Shown piece by piece: positions 20,601 through 32,207 of a DNA stretch of 64,000 nt. Every line of letters begins with the position of its first letter. Positions within the stretch are counted from its first letter, which is position 1. Both the position numbers and the translations under genes were made by a program. Under the pieces are notes generated by a model. It was given only the letters and a program-made list of their open reading frames with translations. It was not told the DNA's origin and searched no databases. Source of the DNA: Antedon mediterranea (taxonomy: Eukaryota; Animalia; Echinodermata); contig NC_092676.1 of assembly GCF_964355755.1 (NCBI RefSeq), forward strand, positions 1,741,788 through 1,805,787. The letters are read 5' to 3'.

Positions 20601-22695
20601 ATAATTATCAAGTATCGACCAATATGCTTTGAACGTCCTCAGGAGTGAGAACGGACGATCAAAGCATATTGATCGAAACGTTGAGAAACTCAACATTTCT
20701 TTTCAGAACTAATACACTTGATGTACCGCAAACTTTATACCAACATTTGATTTCGCCATGTAAACCTTCAAACAATATAAGTATGGTTTAGTAAAAAATA
20801 TCACTCTTCTCACGTGTAAAGGGAGTTTATTTAAAAGTATGTACATCACATGAGGTTCTCTTTATTTACACTGTCAGGTCTAGTAGTGGCAAGAGTTAAT
20901 TTTATTATTTGTTTATCTGTTTTGATATGTAGCATACTACACAATGGTTTACTTCTGCATATTATGAATGGTTTGCTTTGTGAATTTTTAATACGCAACA
21001 GAATTCTTCCACTTTAGTGCTTTCCAAATTGAACATTTCTGATCCATTGAAGTTGACTAGTTACCTTTTCTTGAGACTGACAGCAGGATCAACTTCTAAA
21101 TAGCTTGCTGTGTTTGTGCTATCCTCACTGTGGTCATGTGACGAATACCTAATTTGATGACCTGCCACGTCTGCTATGTTAAGCCCATTGCATTGTGGGT
21201 TGAGAATCTTCTCACCAGCTTTTAGACGAGCTAGTGCGGTCTTCAATAACTCAATTGGAGCAGCTCCGACGTCAATGCCCTTGCGTAGAACACTTCTACA
21301 TTTTAATGTATCACCTGTGTATATGAAGTTATCGTAAACCTTACATTTCAAGTACAATCCTTAGTATTTTATGATTTTACACTCTCTTTGTTATCTTTTT
21401 TTTTATCTGTTTATATGAAAATAATGTCATTATAAATTGAAATAAATAAATATGATTTGTAAGCAACTAAGTTAGTAAATCACTAAACTTAAGTCTCTAA
21501 AAACGAGAGCTATATATTTAGTACATTTGGATTGTTGCTATCATGATATTCTATTGTTAACTTCAAAAAGTTCTGTTTAAAAAGTATTCTGTAAAATATA
21601 AATCACAGAATTAAATGAAACAGCATTTATAATTGTTAGTCAATATTTAAAGCTCTGTCTACAGTATGTATGTGACAAAAAAAATGTGATGTACCCAAAT
21701 ATGGTAGCGATATACTTAAATATGGTAGTGATATGACATCATCATGTCCATGGGCACATCACATTATTTTTTGTCAGTCAGATAAGTGTAGACAGAGCTT
21801 AACACAGAATTCACAAAACATACCAATATCAAGTTCCAGCTGGGCAGCCGCAACATGGATCCTTGCAAGAAACCTAATATTAGCCCTGGAGAATTTAAAC
21901 AATGTTCTTGCTTCATCTACATCTTGTAGTCTAAAAATTAAAGAAATGTATATTCTAAGTTATGTGTACAAGCAATTGAATATTCTATTAGCTGCAAAAG
22001 TCCATTTACAAAATTCTTTATTTAGAAAAAAATATTTTAATCGATAAACTTGAAAACTCACGCTCTCAATCGGGCAGAATTGATGAGTATCGTTGCATAG
22101 TTGTCATTTTTCTTGTGTTTATAAACTGGAATATCCCTTATTGCTTTATTGTAGATTACATTCAAAGTTGATGCATTGCTGTTTTCTCGTTTCTCAATTA
22201 CTTTGAGATATTCTAACCAGTCCTCCGGTTGGTTTCCATCTTCAGCAATCTTAAGTAGCCATGATTTATCATTATTAACTGTTGAGAAAAATGATAAGCA
22301 TATATAATTTTACATTATTAATCAGTTGAGCTGGAGGTACAGAAGGCTACATACATACAATTGCACATTTTTCATTGTAAGGCCTTCCACAATATTGTTT
22401 ATAGAAATCTACTGTATTTCACTTCTGAAAACCATCCAACAGCAAATGCATGAGGCTAAGGTAATTAAGGCCCTCAGAAAAATCATGGAACTGGGACACG
22501 GTTCGAACAAAGAACCCTGGAATTGTTAAATTAGCATGTCAACAACCAAGCCACTATATTAAATAAACATTGATCCGTCTTACAATGTGTAAATTCAGCA
22601 GTTAAGTTAGTTGATTTAGTTGTTGATGTACTGGTTGCTTTCAACGCTGACATGCGTTGTTGTAATGCTGACAATGATGTATTCGAATTGGTCAT
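11619..22695 (-). CDS. TTK: Dual-specificity kinase TTK/Mps1 (spindle checkpoint), 21 coding exons, ~1174 aa, with duplicated N-terminal TPR module
   Basis: Exons (minus, GT-AG, phases consistent, total 3525 nt): 22695-22584, 22278-22062, 21930-21824, 21314-21065, 20586-20476, 20314-20199, 19808-19592, 19057-18951, 18452-18266, 17865-17701, 17301-17026, 16700-16316, 16081-16001, 15571-15411, 15064-14913, 14438-14218, 13658-13482, 13290-13209, 12538-12405, 12251-12186, 11819-11619. Mps1 signatures: [84 protein letters not shown], and TPR-start PEDWL. Confidence 0.93.
11874..12013. repeat. Direct duplication of ~70 bp in the last TTK intron
   Basis: gccatg(g/c)cagattgggtgaatgctcaaatctaacctactctgagaaaatgtgtgtgtaaat occurs twice in tandem. 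Confidence 0.85.
12685..13117. mobile_element. Non-autonomous DNA transposon with ~45-bp TIRs and 3-bp TSD (PIF/Harbinger-like)
   Basis: AGAGAGGTTTCGCAATCTTACGAATACG...AAAACGGATACGTCA is mirrored by TGACGTATCCGTTTTCGTATTCGTAAGGTTGCGAAACCTCTCT; ATT on both flanks. Confidence 0.75.
15779..15961. mobile_element. hAT-like MITE (same family as 37254 and 30219)
   Basis: Ends CAGTAGTGTAAC / GTTACGCCACTG; degenerate 8-bp flanks taaaagac / tacaagtc; shared internal gggtttagccagtgagcgct. Confidence 0.65.
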
Positions 22696-23091
22696 TTTCT
22701 GAAAGTGAAATGAAAAAAGAGTGTAAACTTTAACAACAAAAAACAAATTAAAACTAGGCCTAGCCTAATATTAATAATTAATATAATAGTATTAGTAGTA
22801 AAAAGTTTAAATTTAATTAATTATTAGAAAATAGGGTTAGCCTAGTTTAAACTAGTTTAACTGGTTTACTTTAGGCCTAGGCTAGTAGTCTAGCCATATG
22901 TCGAGATAAGAGGGCTACTACTACTACTACTAGGCTAGGCCTACTACTACAGCACTAGCACATTCCAACACAGTACAGTCTCTACACACACAGACAGGCA
23001 GGGGCCTAGCTAGGATAGGCGGCTTATAGTTATACATAAGGGCCAATAGTGATACAGCCTAATCATTCAATATATAAAAAAACTATCTTAC

Positions 23092-23240
23092 GTTTAAAAT
23101 ATCACTTTTGCAGCCTAATAAACCAACTGTTCATCAAAACATTTGACGTTCTACATGGATCGATGCGATTCACCGCCGCCGACAAAACACTGAATTTTTA
23201 AAATCATATCTGCCGCCAGTTTAACTCCAGAGGGCGCTAT
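23092..23240 (-). promoter_or_regulatory. Probable non-coding first exon and promoter of TTK
   Basis: GTAAG donor on the minus strand at 23091-23087, ~390 bp above the acceptor preceding the ATG exon; local CpG/GC rise; only short uORFs; CTCF-like ctccagagggcgcta at 23225-23239. Confidence 0.45.
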
Positions 23241-24056
23241 TTATCATTTTTAGACAGAGCCATAATGGCTCTGTTTTTAGAAATTTCACTCTAACGCGAC
23301 TCTAAAGCTCACCACTATGTCGGTCGTTTGGTTGGTCGGTCTGTAAACACCAACTCAAATTTGCGCACGCGACTGCAGCCATGTATATGGCCTTGTTAGT
23401 AGTAGGCCTATTAGCCTCGTGTCCCTATTAATAAGTACTCCATTTTTTTGAAACTCTATTTATGATACCATCGATAATCTCAGCAGAACGTCAATAGGCC
23501 TATTGTTTTATATTTTTTTAATTTAACTTAACTTAATTGGTTAAAGTGTTTAATTGTTTAATCATCAAACTTGCAAGCCAATATCAAACTTCAACTAAAT
23601 ATGCACCTGGACAATAAGTTAATTTATTGTTAGTAGGCCTAATCCATTGATATCATAACATCATAATGGAAACTTAAAGCTCTGTCTCTACCACTATCAA
23701 ACTTTAGGTGACAACAAAATGTGATCTGCCCATATTTGGGCACATCAAACTTTCAAATTTGTTTTCAAACTAGTTTTATAGTGTAGACAGATAGTGCATT
23801 TACGAGTTCAAATATTAGGCCTATTTAACGATCAAAATCGCACTTGTCTTAAGAATAAATTCTGTTGAAACGAGTGAAAGTAATAGCACATGCTAAGTTG
23901 TCTGGTGATAAAACAGTAAAAAACGATTGATAGAATTCGCATTGTCTCTCCAGGGCAACAGATATTAGAAAGTACAGAGACCTACAAATACATTACAATA
24001 ATAGGAATACTTTCGTGTGTTTGTTGCTGTGGCATCTTAAACTGTGTATGCAGTTA

Positions 24057-24222
24057 AGCTCTGTCTACACTATCAAACTAGTTTGACAACAAAAAAGTGT
24101 GATGTGCCCAAATATGGTATAGTGATATGCTTCAATATGTTAGTGATATTACATCATCATGTCCATTATATGGGCACGTCACAATTTTTTGTCACATAAA
24201 GTTTGATAGTGTAGGCAGAGCT
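24057..24222. mobile_element. MITE family A (Tourist/PIF-Harbinger-like), representative copy; ~20 copies in window
   Basis: TIR AGCTCTGTCTACACTATCAAACT, TSD TTA. Other copies start near 13706, 14620, 15243, 16846, 19283, 19965, 21650, 23678, 25866, 26279, 29443 (partial), 36304, 36928, 39614, 41118, 44348, 46246, 49430, 54018 (partial). Confidence 0.85.
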
Positions 24223-25702
24223 TTAAATTTGAAACATACCAAACGAAAATTGTCAATAACATTCGTAAGTTCAGAAAACATCAAACTTTACCACAATTTT
24301 CATAAATTTCTCGATACTTACATTTATTAGAATTATTAGAATTATTATCGGTTTTTTTTACATGATTTATTGTTAAATTTTCTGACGTCACTACTTTAAT
24401 CATGGAGCTATATAATCATAAATATCAATTTTATTTCGCGATGCATGTACGATAGCAACCAGGACAATTATGAGCGATATTTTTTTAATTGTTTATTTTA
24501 CGAGGGATTAACGTACCATTATTGATGAAACGAATGGCAATAACATGACAACATAGTGTTGAAATCGATAGCATTCTATAAGGGTTATACAATATTCAAC
24601 ACGATTTTTCTATTTATGTCGGTATATGAACGTCTTAAACAAGGAAAACCCCTGATAGAGTAACAAATATCGTATCATCATAATGTACTCCATACAAAAA
24701 CGTACCCAGATATGTTTTTTTTATTTCATACTCATCCTACATCGATTATAAACTCGACAATATTACAGAATGGATAAACTATTCTATATTTTATTGTGCT
24801 TATAAACTAAGTCTCATTTGAGGTTTGGGGAGTGGAGTTGAAAGAGTCGTGAGTTACAACACTGGCACTACGTCAGGATTTAACACCTGGACCTAGGGAT
24901 TGGAAAGCAAGCATGTTAACCACCAAGCTACAGCTCCACTATCCGCATTTATACAATTTATACAATTCATAACTATCAATTAGTACGATAAAAAAAATAC
25001 CAATTCCACGTATCAACAGGGATCTTGTCCAAAAAAGTGGGAAGGAGAGATCAATTCGCAGTTCAATATTTTGATTGGACGTAAAGCCGTCGGTTCGTGT
25101 ACATAGTGCACTTGGCACACTATTTGCGAAGAGAGTAGGGGATCGTCTTCCGGTGTGCTTATCTGGTAGGCGATGCACTACTGGCTGTCGTGGATCCGTG
25201 GAGGGCCAAATCCAAATTTCCTCAATTTGAAGACAAATATAATATCTGTACTTTTTTTTCATTATATCTCCATTTCCCTGATGATGACATAATGCATACT
25301 GAAATATATTTGTACACCGCCAGGGCATGCATGTAGAGTTATGTAGGCCTATTTCATATTACGTACATTTTGTCACCGCGCTTTAAAAGGGCTAACACTG
25401 TTTGAGTCCTGTTCCTTGTCGTTAAACATGATGTGCTGATAAAGAACTAATAAGTTACTTAAAGGTATTGCAGCAAGAAGACAATATATCATTAATGTCG
25501 ACGCTCTGAATCGACATCTCACGTATTTTAATAATTAATGATTGAAAAAAAAATGTTATAATCAATTTCAAAAACAATTATAACTTCAGTTCCCACAAGA
25601 AAAAGAGTCTCTTTCGCTGACACATTTATGATAGCATTCACACGAACGATGAATGTTATGAATTCATTTTATAAATCCATTGAGGGTATACGCCTGCTCT
25701 AA

Positions 25703-25863
25703 ATCTTGGTTCTCACTAGAACGCAACGCAAGGACGTAGACGCGACACAAGCGAGTTGACCAATCACACGCGACTGTTCGAATAATTATTCATCGCTTGA
25801 GATTGGTGAAATCACTTTGCGTTGCGTTACGTCCTTGCGCTGCGTCCTAATAGGAACCAAGCT
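25703..25863. mobile_element. MITE family B (near-palindromic, TIR AGCTTGGTTCCCACTAG), older copy
   Basis: cttggttctcactagaacgcaacgcaaggacgt...ttgaccaatcac mirrored by gattggtgaa...cgtccttgcg...ggaaccaagct. Further copies or fragments near 27132, 27263, 28545, 33481, 34560-34840, 38170, 38402, 40703, 49240, 51610, 52630, 54510, 58370, 60558, 61570. Confidence 0.8.
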
Positions 25864-28360
25864 TAAAGCACTGTCTACACTATCAAACTCTATGTGACAA
25901 AAAAATTATGATGACGTCATATCACTATCATATTTCAGCACATCACATTTTTGGTTCAAATTAGTTTGATAGTGTAAACAGAGCTTTAATTCGCCATTTT
26001 AAGAAATCCAGTAACAAAAATTGTAACTGTAATATTTTTGATGATTTGTAGCTTGTGGTACGGACCACACTATTTAAACTTTTGTAAAGCATTGGAGCGC
26101 CCGCTACAATTCATGAACTCAACTGTGTTCGCATGTACTAAAATAATTATTTAGTGTGAACAGTTTTATATACTACTACACCCACTAATTTTCACGACTC
26201 TTTATCCGGCCATCGGGCCAGAATACGAAGTTCGTAGTATGAATGCAGCTTTAAGGTGATGGAACCATAGTAGCTGTTGCTCTGTCTACACCATCAAACT
26301 TTATGTGACAAATGTGATGTGCCCATATATGGACATGATGATGTCATATTACTACCATATTTAAGCATATCACTAGCATATTTAAGCATATCACTAGCAT
26401 ATTTAAGCATATCACTACCATATTTAAGCATATCACTACCATATTTAAGCACATCACACTATTTTTGTCACATAAAGTTTGATAGTGTAGACAGAGCTTT
26501 AAACGCATACATCCCAATTTAGATACTCCACGAATTTATCTTCTCGCTGTTGATCATCAACTTTGCAGAGTTTTTACGCATCAGTGCGCAAGGAATCGGT
26601 TCGCTACGCGGCTACTGTACAGTTGGTTAAGGCGGCATTAAAACCATATTAAATAACTTTAAGTATATACTTAATCTTGAATATTAAGCATTAAAATATA
26701 ATTTATATAAATGTTGTTATGATTCGAAGCACATCAGACCTGTTGTCGTTCACGGGGGTTAATTACCGGACTACTGTATTAGCATTTCGATTGGAGTAAT
26801 GTCTTCAATACAATATAATACAGACATAATTAGTAGTATAATTTAGAGTTGTTGATCAAAGTATCATGATAACATATGGGGCGGTTCACGTCACAATATA
26901 CTTTTTTTTAAATGTTGTAAACATGCTGACATATTTGTGCTACATTTGAATATAAATAAGTAGGCCTACTTACGTTATGCGCCGTAAAACTCGTCTGAAA
27001 TAAAACAAAAAATAACAATTTTTTTAAATCGAAAATAACGAAATGTGAGACTATAGTTTTGGGGACGGTGTAAGGTGGCAGCATTGAGGGGGTGAAATCA
27101 TTTCAGTATTGATCCAGGTATATTTCTATAAAGCGTGTTTCCCACTAGAACGTCCTTGCATTGCGTTCTAGTGGGAACCAAGCTTAAATATTAGTTCCCA
27201 CTAGAGTCCTACGGAAGTGAGTTGACAAGCGACAATTCGAATTGGTCAAGCGTTGCGCCTAAAGCTTGGTTCCCACTAGCGACGCAACGTAACGCAATCT
27301 ACGCAACGTAAGAAAATGCCCTTCCAATCATTGTGTTTTCCCCCGCTAACGTGAAATCAAATCAAAGTTTGCAGCACTGTTGCGTCGTCGGTTCCCACTT
27401 GTGATTACGCAATTTACGCTTTAGTAATTGTGTTGCGTGGAAACCAAAAACTTTTAAGAACAGAAGGAGAATGTAAACGTACCACCCCATAGGGTTCAGT
27501 TAAGTCATTTTCAGTATATGTTCTTGGATTTGGATTGAAATAATATTCATTTAAACAAAATAATTTACCGTATAATCAGTACAAGATTTCCTTTTTAAAA
27601 AGAAAAAAAAAACCATAATATAAAATCGATATCTATGATGATATACATAATATATCGGTAAACACTGATGTAATATTGATTAGGTACGGTAAGCTTCTGA
27701 TTAAGATGATAATAATTTTATCATAGAAGCCAAACATAACGTCGGTAGAGTTTAATTAGTTCCCTAGTTAATGACGTACAACATTGTAATATATACACTT
27801 TTAGTCAACCAAAGTAAATACAGCCTACAGAGTTATAATTACTGTTATCACTGCGTACATAATAATATATAATATGATAATGTAAAAAAAAAACATGGTG
27901 AGTGCACGTGCGCGTATAAACAATAAAATATGCATGTAGAATACATCTCTAATAATAATAACCGCCATTGTGGTATAAGATATTATTAAAGGTTGTAAGT
28001 TAATCAATCATACTTATTTCTAATGATAAATTATTACATTAGTGTCCATAAGAACAAATACTTATGGCGCATTGGCTGCAGAACAACTTAAACTAATTTC
28101 TACTACGTAGAGATCATCAAATGGAAGAATAGAGAGAGTATTATTTTGATGTTTTAGGAACTTTTTGGAATAATATAGTAATAATAATAGTAATAACGAG
28201 ACATCAGATATATAAACACAGTTGCATCTGTTGTTGAGCCTCTCGCATTAGTCCTGTTAACATTTCAAAATAACGGGATCGGATCCGATAGACAATCATT
28301 AAATCTATTTCTATCACCTTGTATCATCGACCATATAACCTAAAGTTTGGATCTCACTAA

Positions 28361-28540
28361 AGCTTGGTTCCCAACTAGAACGTAACGCAAGGACGTAAAC
28401 GCAACGCAAGCGTTTTAACCAATGACAAGCGACGTTATAGACAGTTAGCAATCACAAGCGAATAAGCCATCGCTTGTGATTGGTCAATTCACTTGCGTTG
28501 CGTTACGTCCTTGTGTTGCGTCGCTAGTGGGAACCACGCT
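28361..28540. mobile_element. MITE family B, young subfamily copy
   Basis: Almost identical to 50006-50184, 50655-50839 and, inverted, ~41933-42111. Confidence 0.85.
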
Positions 28541-30218
28541 TTATGCTTGGTTCCCACTAGCGACGCAACGCAATGATGTAGACGCAACGCGACGCAAAAG
28601 CGAGTTGACCAATGACTTGAATAATCAATCGCTTCTCATTGGTCGACACACTCACGTTGCGTCTACGGTCTTGAGTTAGGTCTTCAGTGGGAACCAAGCT
28701 TAACTCTTAATAACCAAACCTTACATGATACAGCCACCACATACGGCGTATTAGTTTTCATTCCAAAAATACACACATATAAAAAAGAAAAGTTTGCTGG
28801 GTTATCAATCAAAACAATTAGAGCTCTCGCGCTGAACTTACAGTTGCGCGTAACAGCTTTAAATGTTTCGTCTCGAGAGAGCTAAAATCTATTACTTCAA
28901 ATGTCAAGTCTTTGAGACCATTTTTTCCCGAAATAAAAAAAAATGAGAAGCCGGTCGTCATTTACGTAATAGGATTTCTTGTATTGCTAGAATCATATCG
29001 CTTGAAAATAATAACAATGACATTTCTAAATACTTCTGAGTGAGTAAAATATAAACTATTGTATAAGGCAATGTTTATCGCAAATAGCTTGATTTCGCGA
29101 GAACATCATTGCACAATGCATGATGGTTTGGGAGAAAACGTCACGTCAACAAACAACAAATCACGTACGTACGCGTCGTGACGTTTTCTCCACAATCCTT
29201 CCCACCATGCGTCACGCACGGTATTTGCGATCAACCTTATGGTACAGATATGGCTTTAGAGGAGCATTCTAGAATATCATAAAAGCTATTTATATCGGAG
29301 TATCAAATAAATCTTATAATATTATTTAACATATAAAACTCGTTCACCGTACCAAAAACAAGAGAAAGGGGGTGGGGTAGGAGGTCGAAGCGTTTTCCGA
29401 GCAAAATGAACGACGGAGAAAGCAGAGGAGCCAAAAGGAGGCATATCAATACCATATTTGGGCACATCATATTTTTGTCAAACTAGTTTGAAAGTGAATA
29501 CACACAGCTTAACACACATTTTAATACGTTACATTAAAATGTAAAGTCGATCATGAAGAATTGGAATCCTGGGCATCTGACGTGACAAATTAATGAATAT
29601 TTTCAATTACCAAATCCCACATCATCGAAGTATCACTAAAATTAATGAATATACTGTATAATGTTTACACCGTAATGATATACTTGTCTGGTTTGACGCG
29701 ATCTTTGTCAAATAAGTACACAAACTTAACAGCTGAATCTGTTGCGCGATAATGTGTTCAGCTAGAACAATTTAGAGATGTTTCCTACGTTCTAAATGTT
29801 ATATTTAACATTATAACTTAGCACTATAAATCACACATTTAACTGTTAGATTTTCTAACTCGTTATTCTATAAACATTCCATTTGAACATTAATGTTATT
29901 GATAAGAATAGCGACGAAACATGAAATTGTAGCAGATGAAAATATTAATGAACATTCACGTAGGTACACATTATGATAAAAGAATACACATTTTTTGTAT
30001 CCAGTTATAAAGCCTGGTTTAGATTAGACAGAGTAATTCGACCGAATCGATAGATTAGGTTTATACGTATTTGCTTCGTACGCATCGCAGCAATAAAAAC
30101 TCATGTCTGTGAAATTGGTTACAATAAACTCGCCATGATTACCCAATGCACAAGCGGTTTTACGTCGTCAAACGTGATACCGTACGGGAACCGAATGCAA
30201 CGATGGATACACTATAAT

Positions 30219-30340
30219 CAGTGGCGTAACGGCTATGAGCGCTCACTGGCTAAACTTAAGGGCCCCGGAGCTTATGGGCCCGAGGCCTCCAGCGTTGGGG
30301 TTCCTAAACAAGGGGTTTCAGGCATCTACATTACGCCACT
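30219..30340. mobile_element. hAT-like MITE, shorter copy
   Basis: CAGTGGCGTAACGGCTATGAGCGCTCACT...TTACGCCACT; reverse-complement match to the end of the 37254 copy. Confidence 0.6.
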
Positions 30341-31531
30341 TAATATAATGACGTACGTTTGCCGTACCTAAAGAGCCAACAATATCAGCATCATGGGTTC
30401 GAGGTGGAACAAGTTTTCTACTCGGATGGACTATAACCCGTAGGTCCAGTAATTTTTCCATGTGAACCCAGTTCATCATTCGAGACGAGTTGGGGTTGTG
30501 GGGGTGGGGGGGTGAAGTGGATCAGTGTAGTGGGGGTGGGGGTTGGGAGATAGGACAGGGATATAATTTACTATTGGTAATCCTTGGCCATATGCATGAA
30601 GATACAGACTAAAATAATAATGACGTATGGTGCTTAAAACCCTGTAGGCACTAACCACAATTGAACCCTGGATTCAATCTACTTCAGGTCCCTGATTGTG
30701 ATAAGAAACCAATACGAGAATGAACGATTCGCGTGAGGCAGATTTACTAGAAAAAAACAAGTCGATTTTGAAGCAATAGAAAATTATTATCATAATAAAA
30801 CTAGATTTGAAAAATCAATTGTGTGTAAATGTAGGTTAGCATACTGTTTTATCACTGAAGTCGTAAAAAGTCATCTACATTTCTTCAAAATTGCTTCATT
30901 TAGGTTTATTATTAGCGTCAGTATTCAATGTTGGTTCTTTATTTAGAATTAATTTACACTTTGAATATTAATAATAAATAACATTAGCCCGTTTAGAAGA
31001 AGTAAAACAAACTAATGTGTTATATTTACGTAATATTAACACGTATATGTCGGTTAAATTTAATTAAATACTGGTATACTACAAATTGTTTCATATGTCC
31101 AAGTCATGCATAGTAGTGTTTTTAGTGTGCGCATGAGTCGTGCTCTGGGAGACGTAACAATTTACGCACATGTGATTGTGAAAACGCCATTGAAAACGGT
31201 TGAGCTCGTAAACTTAATTCAATTCAAATTGATTTGCAATCATCGTGTATTTTAAAAGGTCTATAGTTATTTACTAGGATAAGTTCATTATCGCTAACTT
31301 AGGTGGGTAGGCTTTTCACTACCCGGGTAAATATCTATAGCATGAACTGGCCCCCAATGATGTATACAGTGAGAAGATGTATATAATGAATGGCATTATC
31401 TTGTGCCGCCGACGGTATGATTTCATTTCATTCACTTTTATTGCGAGGAGAAAAAACAAGCAAAAATACATAACAGCAAATTATAAAATATCAATTAATG
31501 GAGGTTCAAAAAGATATTACTGTTATTGTCA

Positions 31532-31855
31532 AAAGGCAATACACCAACAAAGGAAAAAAGTCTAAAAATATGAGTCCAATGGAACTGGTGTTATAACCGG
31601 TGGTCTAACTTAAATTAGCAAAAAAAGTTCCTTTGAGTTTTATCAGTCTCACAAATTTAAAGTGATCAACACTAATTACCCAACAAGAAAAACATTACTC
31701 TTGTAATTCGAAAGGCAATACACGTTTAAAAACAAAACATTACCAAAAGGTCTAAAAAATATGAGTCAAAAGGAACCGGTGGTCTAACTGAGATTAGCAA
31801 AATAGTCCCTTTGAGTTTTATCAGTCTCACAAACTTAAAGTGATCAACACTAATT
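31532..31855. repeat. Tandem duplication of ~180 bp
   Basis: aaaggcaatacac...gtctaaaaatatgagtc...accggtggtctaact...cctttgagttttatcagtctcacaaa(t/c)ttaaagtgatcaacactaatt occurs twice. Confidence 0.8.
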
Positions 31856-32112
31856 GTCTACTGATATACATCAAGTGTCGGTCTATATTCATTGGCGTGG
31901 CTCCGAATAATACTGTATTGATTTAACTGCAACATTACTTGAGTACATTTCTTTTCCCAAACGTAATCTATATAATTATGGTAATGCATCTTTATAAACC
32001 TAATAACTATACGTGTTTTCACCAAGAGGGTTTAATTATAAATCACAATATTGGTTAACAAAGATCAATTCAGATTAGATAGACTACAAACTCAGACAAA
32101 TGAGCGAGATTA

Positions 32113-32207
32113 TAATATGGTTGAACGCGGTGCGTATAATTGTTGAACGCGGTGCGTATAATGGTTGAACGCAGTGCGTATAAATATGGTTGAACGCGGT
32201 ACGTATA
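32113..32207. repeat. Short tandem repeat, ~22-bp unit x4
   Basis: tataatggttgaacgcggtgcg repeated four times. Confidence 0.85.

Noticed and set aside
24939-25328. 129-aa minus-strand ORF in a GC-richer patch
   Set aside because: No recognisable domain or supporting exon structure; probably an old interspersed repeat that I cannot classify.
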